A DNA stretch of 64,000 nt from sequence record LC680885.1; one strand, 5' to 3'. Below, in pieces: positions 48,845 to 58,682 of this stretch. The translations under genes and the position numbers were made by a program. Every line of letters begins with the position of its first letter. The first letter of the stretch is position 1. Origin of the DNA: Staphylococcus phage S6. The notes below the pieces were generated by a model. The model made no database searches. It saw only the letters and a program-made list of their open reading frames with translations, and was not told the DNA's origin.

Positions 48845-50920
48845 ATGTTAGGTAAAGAAATAATGAGAAGATCTGAAATAATTTACGATGATACGGATAT
48901 AAAAACTGTTTTAAATTTAGATCCGGATAAAGATTACATAAATGAAGAAGAGGATATCGAATATATCTGTCCTAAACATGGTAAACAAAAAAGAAAAATA
49001 AAACAACATTTAGAAAAGAAAGGTTGTTTCGAGTGTCAATACGATAATAAGTCTAAAAAGACTAAAGGTAAAGATTTATTAGGAGAGTTTTACAAAAGAT
49101 TTGGAGAAGATGTTTTTGATTATCCAGATATAGAAGAAGATCGTGTATATTCATCTAGAGAAAAAATAAAGATAGTTTGTTTTAAACATGGAGAGTTCAC
49201 TAGACAAATTAGAGAACATAATACAAAAGCTAAAATATGTGATAAATGTAAATTAGAGGATGGAGGAAAAGATTTTAAAAAGAAACAATTTAAAGAAAGA
49301 TTGAGAAATGAAAATTATGAAATGTATAAGATTACCGATTTTTCTGAGACTGTATTTGAAGGGTTAACTAATTTTATGTATGTTAGATGTAAAAAACATG
49401 ATACGATTAACAAAATACAACCTAGATCATTACTAAGTAAGAATAGTAATGGGTGTTCAAAATGTAGAAGTGAAAAACTATTAAAAAGTAGAAGATCTAA
49501 TAACAAGGTATATAACGTGGAAGATATTTTTAACATATATAAACAAAAAGGAAATCTTTTAAATACTGCGACTAAATATCTTGAAAATTTAAATCTCGAA
49601 CAAAGAAAAGAGTTATTCTTAATGATATCCAAACATAATTTTGGAAATAAGTATGACTATTCTTTAATAGAAAAAGAAAAAAATAATTTTAAATCTAGAG
49701 ATAAAGTAACACTAATATGTAAAGAACATAATGTCGAATTTAAACAAAATATATCACACCACTATAAAGGTAGGTTAGGTTGTGATAAGTGTAAAAAGGA
49801 TAATGTGTCTAAAAGTATATCTGACTCATACAGATTTTCTAAAAGAACAGATATAAAACCTGAAGAATTAATAAAAGAAGTGGATAATGAAAATTTCAAA
49901 GATAATGAGATAAGAAAAATAGTGAGATTAATGAATTTTGAAGATAAAGGAAAATATTACAGATTATTAGGGAAAAAGATTAAGGGAGATAAATATAACT
50001 ATGATAAATTAGTGTATAACGGTGATAGTGTTCAGGTAACTATAACATGTAAAAAACATGGAGATTTTAAACAGGTAATATACGATCACTTTTTCCAAGA
50101 TCATAATTGTAATAAATGTTCAAAGATCGTATCCAAACAAGAACTTAAATTAAGTAATGATTTGGAAAAATATTTTACAGTTAAAAATTCTTTAAGAAGA
50201 ATATTTGAGGATAAAAGAAAAGAAATTGATATATTTATCAAAGATATTAATTTAGGTATAGAGATAAATGGTCTAAGATGGCATTCAAATGATATAAAAA
50301 AGGAGGATGAAAATAATTTTGCAAGATACCATCAATTTAGTAAAATGAATGAATCTGAATGTTTAGGTATAAAATTATTAAACTTCTATGACGATGAAAT
50401 AAATATAAAGAAAAATGAAATTTCTTATTCTAAAATAATGAAAGAAATTTTATTATTTAATAATTCCTTTAATATTAAAAATATAGATTTAAAAGATTTA
50501 GAGATGAAAAAGATATCTTATAATTTCATAAAGAAATTTTATAAGAAACATTCACTAGAATTCTTTAATGAAGAAGATAAAAATTATAGAGGAATATTCT
50601 ATAAAGGTTATATAGTTTCCGTATTCTCATTTAATAATAAGAACGAATGTCATAACTATAGCACGAATTACAATTTAAATGAAGATATTGATTTAATATT
50701 AGATGCTTACCCTAATACCATTTTTAATATTAGATCAGATTCTTATAATAGATATAAATTTCAAGATTATGGGTTCATTACAATAAATAAAACTCTACCG
50801 CAATATAGAAATTTCAATAAAAAAGGTTTAACTAAAAATAGATATAAAAGATTAGAAAAGAGGGATACTAATAATCCTAATAGAATTTATGATTGTGGTA
50901 GAACTATCATGATTTACTAA
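48845..50920 (+). CDS. homing-endonuclease-like protein: 5 Zn-finger-like repeats + Vsr/DUF559-like PD-(D/E)xK nuclease domain
   Basis: Five repeats of C(P/K)KHG.F...H...C..C; then IDIFIKDINLGIEINGLRWHS (DUF559/Vsr-like ...IE(V/I)xG..H); C-terminal domain paralogous to ORF 51794. ATG 48845 is 12 nt after GGAG (the track starts at 48827). Confidence 0.6.
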   Translation: MLGKEIMRRSEIIYDDTDIKTVLNLDPDKDYINEEEDIEYICPKHGKQKRKIKQHLEKKGCFECQYDNKSKKTKGKDLLGEFYKRFGEDVFDYPDIEEDRVYSSREKIKIVCFKHGEFTRQIREHNTKAKICDKCKLEDGGKDFKKKQFKERLRNENYEMYKITDFSETVFEGLTNFMYVRCKKHDTINKIQPRSLLSKNSNGCSKCRSEKLLKSRRSNNKVYNVEDIFNIYKQKGNLLNTATKYLENLNLEQRKELFLMISKHNFGNKYDYSLIEKEKNNFKSRDKVTLICKEHNVEFKQNISHHYKGRLGCDKCKKDNVSKSISDSYRFSKRTDIKPEELIKEVDNENFKDNEIRKIVRLMNFEDKGKYYRLLGKKIKGDKYNYDKLVYNGDSVQVTITCKKHGDFKQVIYDHFFQDHNCNKCSKIVSKQELKLSNDLEKYFTVKNSLRRIFEDKRKEIDIFIKDINLGIEINGLRWHSNDIKKEDENNFARYHQFSKMNESECLGIKLLNFYDDEINIKKNEISYSKIMKEILLFNNSFNIKNIDLKDLEMKKISYNFIKKFYKKHSLEFFNEEDKNYRGIFYKGYIVSVFSFNNKNECHNYSTNYNLNEDIDLILDAYPNTIFNIRSDSYNRYKFQDYGFITINKTLPQYRNFNKKGLTKNRYKRLEKRDTNNPNRIYDCGRTIMIY

Positions 50921-50923
50921 TAT

Positions 50924-50972
50924 AATACAGTGACATTAATTTGTCACTGTATTATAATTATTTTTTTTTTTA
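50924..50972 (+). terminator. rho-independent terminator
   Basis: 12-bp stem aatacagtgaca/tgtcactgtatt, followed by T13. Confidence 0.85.
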
Positions 50973-51065
50973 TTTAGGATTTATAAATAACTATTTTAAT
51001 ATAGTAATAGATATATTTCTATTTACTATATTCGTAAATTCTTTTTCTTACTCAATCTCGTAATT

Positions 51066-51110
51066 TGTTTTGCGTCAAGCAGGTTACATGGGCCTCCTAC
51101 CCGTATAATA
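51066..51110 (+). promoter_or_regulatory. possible host sigma-A-type promoter (perfect TATAAT) upstream of tRNA genes
   Basis: ttacat...gggcctcctacccgTATAATattg; GC-rich island unusual for this genome; -35 element poor. Confidence 0.3.
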
Positions 51111-51160
51111 TTGTACTACACCTAAGTGGATCATAGAAAATGGTCCACTTTGTTTATCAT

Positions 51161-51232
51161 TGTCCCATAGCTCAACGGTAGAGCGATCGGCTGTTAACCG
51201 GTTTGTTGAAAGTTCGAATCTTTCTGGGACAG
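51161..51232 (+). tRNA. tRNA-Asn (anticodon GUU)
   Basis: Manual cloverleaf: acceptor tgtccca/tgggaca; D arm gctc/gagc; anticodon arm atcgg-cuGUUaa-ccggt; T arm gaaag-TTCGAAT-ctttc; discriminator g; no encoded CCA. Confidence 0.8.
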
Positions 51233-51237
51233 CTTAT

Positions 51238-51308
51238 GTTCTTGTTGCTACTGGTTAAAGCATATCGAGTAAATCGGTATTTTGTGAGTTCGACTCTCAC
51301 CAAGAACA
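51238..51308 (+). tRNA. tRNA-like gene with non-canonical anticodon loop (AGUAAAU; nominal anticodon UAA)
   Basis: Acceptor gttcttg/caagaac; T arm gtgag-TTCGACT-ctcac; anticodon stem tatcg/cggta. The loop lacks U33 and the variable arm is short (type I), so identity is uncertain. Confidence 0.5.
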
Positions 51309-51677
51309 CGCCAATAGGATTAATCATCCTTACACTAAGGCTGCAGACTTAGTGTGAATAAAATACAGTATGAGTTATATGCCACTCTTATACTGTTAGA
51401 TTCAACTAATGCTAAGGCATATCATTAGTTGTAAAAATTTAAAACTTATATCTAATTTACGTTTAGTTATTAGATTGTATTTTTGTTAAAGAGGACTTAT
51501 TTTACTTAATTGTAATAAGTATCTGACTTTAACTTAATTGGTTTTCTAGTTTTGACCCTAACAATAAAAAACTAGACTATTAAATATTTTATTTCTTTTT
51601 AGCTCACAACTTAAAAGAAAAACTAGGTGGATCATTTTATGCTTTTTTGATCGACTAAAAACTAATAAAGCACCCTT

Positions 51678-51708
51678 ACCCTAACCTCATTAATTTGAAG
51701 GTTAGGGT
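51678..51708 (+). terminator. CCCTAACC-family hairpin
   Basis: accctaacct-cattaatttga-aggttagggt, followed by tattttata. Confidence 0.55.
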
Positions 51709-51726
51709 TATTTTATACATAGTTTT

Positions 51727-51746
51727 AAATATATATTATAAAAATG
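51727..51746 (+). promoter_or_regulatory. conserved promoter-like motif AAATATATATTATAAAAATG
   Basis: Exact 20-mer, 48 nt upstream of ORF 51794. Confidence 0.55.
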
Positions 51747-51793
51747 AGATATAATTGTCTCAAATACTTTTATAATATGGAGATGAAAAAGAT

Positions 51794-53743
51794 ATGATAG
51801 GTTCAAAGATTAGAAAATCATTAAATGAAAAATTTGGTTATCATTATAAGTTTTTATTAGAAGATTTTAAGAAAGATTATGATTTAAATAATGATACAAT
51901 TATGGTAACTAAAGAAGCTAGTGACATCACAAAAGAATATAAAATAAAATCATTAAAGTATACTAAAGACATTGAAAAATTAGACAAAGACTTTAAGAAA
52001 GAGGAAGAAGAATTAAATATTAGAAAATCTAGAATTTTTAATTTAGATGAATTAGGTTTAGATGAAGACCTTAGAAACATCTGTAAGTATATAGACAGCA
52101 CTACTAAATTAAAAGTAAAAGTTAGAGAGTATAAAAAAGAAAGTAAAGAAAATATTGAATTCTTTTACAAAAATTTTGCTAATTATACTTATAATAGTGT
52201 AATATATGATATGAGTCAGTTTAAGCCATCAACAATTAGATCTAACCAGAAAGTTATATGTAGAAAACATGGTCCTTTCTTTACCACTCCAGTAGATTTC
52301 TTTATAAAGAAAAAAGGATGTCCGGTGTGTGAAAAAGAAACGGAAGAAGAAAAGAAAGATACTAGTTGGAAGGATGAATTCATAGAAAATAAAAATGAAA
52401 AAATATATCAAGAAGTAAAGGAAGAGAAAGAAAAGGAAAATAAAAAATCTAAAAAAGAAAAGGTAGATGTGAAAAAAGAAAATAAAAAACTTTTAGATGA
52501 AGTATTAAATCCACCTGAATTAGGATATTATAGAGAACCGGATAAGATACCTAATACTGAAAAAGAAAATGAGAGATTCTTGAAGAGTATTAAAGAAATA
52601 GATAGTAAATTTGAAGAACCTAAAGAAGTTGAAGAACCAAAGGAAATTGTTAAACCTAAATTAAATAAAAAGACAGTTGATCAAATAATAGGAGACGATA
52701 ATACTAATCTAAGCAGAAAAATTAGATATATAAATAAAAATATTTATACAGAAAATGAAAGACAAGATTTCTATAAAAAATTAACTGACCGCAAACATGG
52801 TAAAAATAAATATAAGATTGATAAATTTAGACCTAAGACAGTTAAAGAAAAACAAGAAGTAATTTGTCTTAAGCATGGTCCTTTTAAAGTAACAGCTGAA
52901 GAATTATTAATTAGAGGTAGACAGTGCCCTAAATGTTCTTCTACTAGTACTTCTATAACAGAAACTTTTGTAAGAGAATATATTCAGAGTTTAGATTTTG
53001 AAGTTAATAATTATGAAATAGAAGATTTAATCAAACCTTATGGCGTTGATATAGTTATTGAAAATTTAAAATTGGCTATTGAAGTTCAAGGTATCAAATA
53101 TCATTCATCTGAAACACGATCAGAGGCTTCAAATAAATATCATCAATTAAGAAAATTAAAAATGCTAGAAAATAAAGGTTATCGTTTATTGAATATATAC
53201 GATGATGAAATTCCTAATAAGAATAAAGGAATTGGTTGGGATAAATTTGGTAGATTCTTATCTGAATTAATGATGTTTGATAAAAGATTTGATATTGAAG
53301 AAATGGATACTAATTCAATAAAAATAGATACAATTAGTTATTACAAATTCAGAGAATTCTTTGAAAACTCTAGACAAGAATTTGTTACTGGTGATACAGA
53401 ATATAAAGGAGTGGTTTATAAGAATAAATTAATTTCAGTATTCTCTTATAATAAAGAAACACGAGAATGTCATAACTATCATACTATGACAAATAATAAA
53501 TTTGATTTAGAATTAATTAATAGAAAATACAAAGATTTAAAATTTATAGTTAAAAGAGATTCTTATGTGGCGTATAAAATGAAAAGTCATGATATGTTAC
53601 CAATAGCAGAAACGGAACCTGATTTCTGTAACTTTTCAAAGACTAATGGAAATAGAAAAAATAACTATATAAGACAAAAAAGAAAGGATGAAAATGATAA
53701 AAACAAAGTATATAACTGTGGAAATATAATTTTTGTATTTTAA
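51794..53743 (+). CDS. homing-endonuclease-like protein: 2 Zn-finger-like repeats + Lys/Glu-rich linker + Vsr/DUF559-like nuclease domain
   Basis: VICRKHGPFFTTPVDFFIKKKGCPVCE and VICLKHGPFKVTAEELLIRGRQCPKCS; VDIVIENLKLAIEVQGIKYHS; paralog of ORF 48845. Confidence 0.6.
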   Translation: MIGSKIRKSLNEKFGYHYKFLLEDFKKDYDLNNDTIMVTKEASDITKEYKIKSLKYTKDIEKLDKDFKKEEEELNIRKSRIFNLDELGLDEDLRNICKYIDSTTKLKVKVREYKKESKENIEFFYKNFANYTYNSVIYDMSQFKPSTIRSNQKVICRKHGPFFTTPVDFFIKKKGCPVCEKETEEEKKDTSWKDEFIENKNEKIYQEVKEEKEKENKKSKKEKVDVKKENKKLLDEVLNPPELGYYREPDKIPNTEKENERFLKSIKEIDSKFEEPKEVEEPKEIVKPKLNKKTVDQIIGDDNTNLSRKIRYINKNIYTENERQDFYKKLTDRKHGKNKYKIDKFRPKTVKEKQEVICLKHGPFKVTAEELLIRGRQCPKCSSTSTSITETFVREYIQSLDFEVNNYEIEDLIKPYGVDIVIENLKLAIEVQGIKYHSSETRSEASNKYHQLRKLKMLENKGYRLLNIYDDEIPNKNKGIGWDKFGRFLSELMMFDKRFDIEEMDTNSIKIDTISYYKFREFFENSRQEFVTGDTEYKGVVYKNKLISVFSYNKETRECHNYHTMTNNKFDLELINRKYKDLKFIVKRDSYVAYKMKSHDMLPIAETEPDFCNFSKTNGNRKNNYIRQKRKDENDKNKVYNCGNIIFVF

Positions 53744-53749
53744 ATAATA

Positions 53750-53800
53750 ACCCTAACCTTATTAATTTAAGGTTAGGGTATTTTATATTTTTTTTTTATT
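53750..53800. terminator. bidirectional terminator (CCCTAACC hairpin family)
   Basis: accctaacctt-attaattt-aaggttagggt, followed by T-tract; near-identical to 31089 and 58689. Confidence 0.8.
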
Positions 53801-54479
53801 GAATTATCTTATTTGGTTTAACTTCACTTTTCATTTTGATTTCAGTTTTAACTTTGTCAAGAACTTCTGATTCATATAAAGAAGGATCTTCTTCATATTT
53901 TTTAGTCATCTTCTTAACAGCTTCTAATTTATTTTCTAATGGTGCTTCTAATTCTACTTGATTAAATAACCCTTCAAAATTACCGAAAACAAATTCTTCA
54001 TTTAATGGAATAAACAGATCTCCATTGTGTGCTAACTCATGAGCAGTATAAGACAAAGGTACAATTCCTATATTACCCTCAAAATGTATTTTAATAACAT
54101 CTTCAGCTATTTTAAAACTTTCATATGATTTTTTATACTCATAATTAGTTTTAAGTTTTTCTCTGTAGCTAGACACTATATCATATAAAGACAATGGGTA
54201 GTGGTGCATTTCTATAGTTAATCGCTTATCATCATTTATATCAACTTCTGGTATAAACTTACATTTAGTAAGATCCATTTCTGTTTTCAAAGCTTTAATA
54301 AATGATTTGTATTCATATGAGCTTCTAACTATTTTTTCAATATATTTATTAAATGTCTCTTCAGACTTTATATCATCTTCATTATTATACATTTCAAATT
54401 TCTTTGTTTCATCTACATTTAATTCTATTGTTTCGATTAATTTTGGAAGGTCTTTTTTATCTACTTTTGGCATTTGCAT
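53796..54479 (-). CDS. hypothetical protein (227 aa); contains an HExxH-like motif
   Basis: LSYTAHELAHNGDLF; RBS agaaagaagg. Confidence 0.45.
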   Translation of the reverse strand: MQMPKVDKKDLPKLIETIELNVDETKKFEMYNNEDDIKSEETFNKYIEKIVRSSYEYKSFIKALKTEMDLTKCKFIPEVDINDDKRLTIEMHHYPLSLYDIVSSYREKLKTNYEYKKSYESFKIAEDVIKIHFEGNIGIVPLSYTAHELAHNGDLFIPLNEEFVFGNFEGLFNQVELEAPLENKLEAVKKMTKKYEEDPSLYESEVLDKVKTEIKMKSEVKPNKIIQ

Positions 54480-54576
54480 AGATTTAATACCTTCTTTCTA
54501 ATTTTCTTTTATCTATATTAGTATAATTAAATGTTATGAATATTTTTTAGTCTTTATGCGTTTCATGTAAATTTTT

Positions 54577-54596
54577 AAATATATATTATAAAAGTG
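54577..54596 (+). promoter_or_regulatory. conserved promoter-like motif AAATATATATTATAAAAGTG
   Basis: 19/20 match; 58 nt upstream of ORF 54654. Confidence 0.5.
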
Positions 54597-54653
54597 AAGT
54601 ACTAATTAGCTAATAGTATTTCATAAAAATTACACTAGGAGAGTGAATCGGAT

Positions 54654-56738
54654 ATGAGTAGAATAATACTAAAGAAAAACAACTTGTCAGAAGAAAATAT
54701 CAGTTTAAAGGAGGTTAAACGTTGGTTTAAGAAAGAAATAGATTTTAATCAACCATCTAAAATGATAAATGATAAAAATTATGTAAATAATGTAAATAAT
54801 CTTTTTGATGGTGTTATTAATACTATGAAAGAAAATAAAATAACAGATACAATGTTTAGATTTATTTCCAATGATAATAATGAAGATACTAGAAATATTT
54901 TTATTATTTATTCAATTGATAGTATTCCTTTTGTTACTAGAGTATATGGACCAAAAATGAATCTTAAAGATAAAAATAGTGATGTAAATGTAAACGCATT
55001 ATTAAAATTTGTTAAATCAAGCATCATTGACAATTTAATGATTTACAAATTTTATAAAACTACAGATTTTAGTTTCCATAAAAAACTAAGTAGTTTCGGT
55101 AATTATGAAAGAAATACATTATATGATTTAATTGCTGAAATTAATAAAGATGCTATTATTGCAGCATATAAAGAACTAAGTGTGGATAATTTAGGTAGTT
55201 ACTTAATTTCATTAGACAATGAGGAACTACTAAATAAATCTTATGATGCAATTAATTATTTTGATTTACTAATGGATGCTAATATAAATGTTAGAAGTAA
55301 AGAAGGTAAATTGATTCAAAAGATTGACAGAAATGATATATTTTCAAATAGAACATATTCTGAAGTGTTTACATTTAGTCAACGTTCAGATTATTATTTC
55401 GCTAGTAATCCATTATTCAATATTCCAAAAGTAAGTGATGTAAGGGATGATACTAGAGTAGATTTATTTATATGTACAAATGGAAAAGAACAAAAAATAA
55501 GAGATACAAGTGTCTTAACTAGAGAAAATTTATATTTCAATCCATTTAGACAACGATTCTTGTCAGTTAGCTATGAACATCCTATTAGAGAGACATTGAT
55601 ATATGATTTATTCTTAAGTTTCTTCGGTATAGAAAATATTGAAAATACTTTAAAGAGATTTACATTTGAACTTCTTCAAGGTGTTTATTCAGGAATATAT
55701 TCTAAAGGGAATGTTAATGAAATTACTTCAAAATCATATTTATTAAATTCAGAAAATAAACGTGGATATACTAAGAAGAAGAAAAATGAGTATCCATTAA
55801 AAATGAACATATCAGAAACGTTAAGCACTAGTACTCATATAGTAGGATATACTTTATTCAATAACTTCTTATTTGAATATATACAGTCAAGTAATAAAAC
55901 TATAAAACTTGATGATTTTAATGTTATAAAATTAATGAAATTCATTACTTTTGAAAATAATAACACTGATTTTAATGAAGATATTAAAAATGTCTTTACG
56001 TCAAGAAAAGATATATTTAATGGTAATAAACGTATTAATACATCTTCGCATAGATATACAAATCTAAAACTAGGTTTAGAATCTTCATTAAATACAATAT
56101 TTAATGAGGATAAAAATTATATTGATGCATTTACTAATCAATATCAAAATATAATTGAAGGAAAATATACATTTTCTAAACCTGAAAAAGAAAGTATTAT
56201 TGAAATCAATAATGAAGATGAATTAAAAGAAATGCAGGAAGAAATTAAATCAAAAGATTCTAATATAGAACATGTAGAAGAAACTAAAGAAGAAACTAAA
56301 AATGATAAAAAAGAGGAGAAATTAAATATGTCATATCAAATTATTAAAGAAAATAAATTTACTAAAGATGTATCATTTAAATATGCAGGTTCTACACATA
56401 GAATTGATAAAATTCGCAAAGGTGATATTGAATTAGAAATTGCTAAACGTAAATTATTCATTAATAAATTAATTAATGATAATACTAAATTTGCTTTCGT
56501 AGATAGCGTAGAGTTCTCGGATAGTCATACTATTAAAGTTACTAATATTGATGGTGAAGTTCAATTTGTTAGTGATTATGTTGATGTTCTTGAAGGAACA
56601 GATACTTTAGAAGAAATTAGAATTAAAGTTACTAATAAAGATTTAGATAGTGATGAAAATTTAGTTAAATTAATTACTGGTGAAGAAACTGATATTAATT
56701 CTTTAGATGAAGAAATCTTAGATTCATTTATGGTTTAA
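54654..56738 (+). CDS. hypothetical protein (694 aa)
   Basis: RBS taggagagtg 12 nt upstream; Lys/Glu-rich segment near residue 500-560. Confidence 0.55.
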   Translation: MSRIILKKNNLSEENISLKEVKRWFKKEIDFNQPSKMINDKNYVNNVNNLFDGVINTMKENKITDTMFRFISNDNNEDTRNIFIIYSIDSIPFVTRVYGPKMNLKDKNSDVNVNALLKFVKSSIIDNLMIYKFYKTTDFSFHKKLSSFGNYERNTLYDLIAEINKDAIIAAYKELSVDNLGSYLISLDNEELLNKSYDAINYFDLLMDANINVRSKEGKLIQKIDRNDIFSNRTYSEVFTFSQRSDYYFASNPLFNIPKVSDVRDDTRVDLFICTNGKEQKIRDTSVLTRENLYFNPFRQRFLSVSYEHPIRETLIYDLFLSFFGIENIENTLKRFTFELLQGVYSGIYSKGNVNEITSKSYLLNSENKRGYTKKKKNEYPLKMNISETLSTSTHIVGYTLFNNFLFEYIQSSNKTIKLDDFNVIKLMKFITFENNNTDFNEDIKNVFTSRKDIFNGNKRINTSSHRYTNLKLGLESSLNTIFNEDKNYIDAFTNQYQNIIEGKYTFSKPEKESIIEINNEDELKEMQEEIKSKDSNIEHVEETKEETKNDKKEEKLNMSYQIIKENKFTKDVSFKYAGSTHRIDKIRKGDIELEIAKRKLFINKLINDNTKFAFVDSVEFSDSHTIKVTNIDGEVQFVSDYVDVLEGTDTLEEIRIKVTNKDLDSDENLVKLITGEETDINSLDEEILDSFMV

Positions 56739-56782
56739 TAAAATTAACAAATGCTAAAAACTTTTTAATTATCTATTAAAAT

Positions 56783-56822
56783 GAAGAGAGTTTAAATACT
56801 CTCTTCTTTATTTTTTTTTTTA
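56783..56822 (+). terminator. rho-independent terminator
   Basis: gaagagag-tttaaata-ctctcttc, followed by tttatttttttttttt. Confidence 0.8.
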
Positions 56823-56864
56823 TAACTTTTAGGGACGTGTATAAGATTGATAGACTTTAAAAAA

Positions 56865-57458
56865 ATGCTTAAAGAGAATGCTAGGAACATAGAAATTTAT
56901 TGTGATGGAGCAATAAAAGGTGTTAAATCTAAAGGAACTAAATATGGAGGTTTAGGTATTATACCTGTTGAAGATGATATATTTGATTATCTTGCAATAC
57001 CTTATATAGGAGAAGATTTAACTAATAATAAATTAGAAATACTATCAGTACTATTTTCAATAATGTTTGCTATGGATTCTTGTGATCATAAAGGTAAAAT
57101 TAATATTAATATAAAATCAGACAGTCAATATGTAGTTAATAGTTACAATAAATATATTGATAATTGGATTGAAAATGGATGGAAAACTAATTCTGGATCT
57201 GATGTTAAAAATATAGAATTATGGGAATTAATGAATAGAATTAAATCTTATGTAAATAGAAATAGATATAAATATTATATTGATGTTCAATGGACTAAAG
57301 GACATAGTAATGAAAAATATAATGATTTAGCTGATGAATATGCAGTAAAAGCTAAAATGGAAGCTATAGAAAATAATGACAGTGCTTTTTCTATAGAATA
57401 TGCTATTGATAAAGCTAATAAATTTATAACTAAATTAGAAAAGAAAGAGGTATTGTAA
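56865..57458 (+). CDS. ribonuclease HI
   Basis: IEIYCDGA (D), NNKLEILSV (E), KSDSQYVVNS (D), WTKGHSNEKYNDLADEYA (H, D) match the RNase H catalytic DEDD plus His. ATG 56865 gives MLKENARNIEIYCDGA, similar to E. coli MLKQVEIFTDGS; the track starts at TTG 56847. Confidence 0.8.
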   Translation: MLKENARNIEIYCDGAIKGVKSKGTKYGGLGIIPVEDDIFDYLAIPYIGEDLTNNKLEILSVLFSIMFAMDSCDHKGKININIKSDSQYVVNSYNKYIDNWIENGWKTNSGSDVKNIELWELMNRIKSYVNRNRYKYYIDVQWTKGHSNEKYNDLADEYAVKAKMEAIENNDSAFSIEYAIDKANKFITKLEKKEVL

Positions 57459-58013
57459 ATGGCAACTAAAATAGATTTTAATAATGAAGACGATTATAAT
57501 GATGTATTAAATATAAATGATTGGAATAGACTATGTATGGACTTCTGTATTAGATCTGCTAGTATTAGTAAATGTGCTGCTAAACAAGTCAGCTCAATTG
57601 TAGCTGATAAAGATTCTATATTTTCTCTTGGAGTAAATGGTTCTTTTCCGGGTAAACTAAATTGTAATGAAATATTTAAAAAAGAAGATGGAATTTGGTA
57701 TGTAAAAGATCTTAATGAAGAAACTAATTTAATTGAATGGGTTAAATGTGAAGATCAAGAACAACATCATAAATGGTCTTTATTAAATGAAGTTCATGCT
57801 GAAATAAATGCTTTATCTAAAATGAATAAAAAAGGTATTTCTACTGAAGGGTTAGACTTATATTGTACTCACTCACCATGTTATAATTGTGCTAAAAGTA
57901 TAATTGCTGCTGGAATTAAAAATGTCTATTTTAATGAATTATATGATGGTTATGAAGATGTTATGGAATTATTAGTTTCAAATAATGTTAACTTCATTAA
58001 AGTGGAGGTCTAG
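57459..58013 (+). CDS. dCMP deaminase (CDA superfamily)
   Basis: Zinc-binding motifs HAEINAL ... PCYNCAKSI with about 29-aa spacing, typical of dCMP deaminase/ComEB. Confidence 0.7.
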   Translation: MATKIDFNNEDDYNDVLNINDWNRLCMDFCIRSASISKCAAKQVSSIVADKDSIFSLGVNGSFPGKLNCNEIFKKEDGIWYVKDLNEETNLIEWVKCEDQEQHHKWSLLNEVHAEINALSKMNKKGISTEGLDLYCTHSPCYNCAKSIIAAGIKNVYFNELYDGYEDVMELLVSNNVNFIKVEV

Positions 58014-58017
58014 AATT

Positions 58018-58197
58018 ATGTCTTGGTTACCTCTATCAATATTTATATTTATAGGAATATTACTTATTTTATCAACAAATGAAACAAAAAGAATGGTAAG
58101 AACTGAAAAATTGAAAGAAGAAAAAGATTATTTAAAAAGACAAAGATTTAACAATTTAAGGAACAGTCAAAGAAAGCGAGGAAAAAATAGATGTTAG
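58018..58197 (+). CDS. small membrane protein (59 aa)
   Basis: ATG 58018 is 9 nt after GGAGG; one TM helix (LPLSIFIFIGILLILS) then a basic tail. Confidence 0.45.
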   Translation: MSWLPLSIFIFIGILLILSTNETKRMVRTEKLKEEKDYLKRQRFNNLRNSQRKRGKNRC

Positions 58198-58682
58198 ATA
58201 ATGTAATTATACTTAGTGTTTTATCTATAGCATTCTTTTTAACTACTTTAACATTTATATTTTTAACAATTCATTTTAGAAAAGAATTAGTTAAAAATAT
58301 TAAAATGAATAAAAATTATAGAGATAAAATAGCTATTTTAGAAAAGCAAACAACTGGAAAAGATGTATTAGATTCATTAAATTCTATGATCGATGAGTTT
58401 TTAAAACCTACTTATGATTTAACTATAGAAGAAACATACATGGATTTAAAATTAGACAATCCTCTAGTTTCAACTAGAAATATAACTATATCTGAACAAA
58501 GAAAAAATGTTATACTTGAAGATGTATTTGAGAAATTCATGAATTATTTATCCGATGATTTTAAAAATAAATTATCTTTGATATATAAGGAAGATGAAAT
58601 AGAGAATATTGTACTAGATATAATGTACTATAAATTAACTGTATATATAAAAGAACGTAATGAGTTACAAAAAAATTCTTAA
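58191..58682 (+). CDS. membrane-anchored protein (163 aa)
   Basis: N-terminal TM helix VIILSVLSIAFFLTTLTFIFLTI; RBS gaggaaaaaatag. Confidence 0.5.
   Translation: MLDNVIILSVLSIAFFLTTLTFIFLTIHFRKELVKNIKMNKNYRDKIAILEKQTTGKDVLDSLNSMIDEFLKPTYDLTIEETYMDLKLDNPLVSTRNITISEQRKNVILEDVFEKFMNYLSDDFKNKLSLIYKEDEIENIVLDIMYYKLTVYIKERNELQKNS

Noticed and set aside
51238-51308. Second tRNA as a stop-codon suppressor
   Set aside because: Nominal anticodon UAA pairs with the UUA Leu codon, not with a stop codon; a suppressor would need UUA, CUA or UCA.
53796-54479. HELAH (HExxH) in the 227-aa minus-strand protein as a zinc metalloprotease
   Set aside because: HExxH occurs by chance frequently and no third ligand or Met-turn context was recognised; left as a hypothetical protein.
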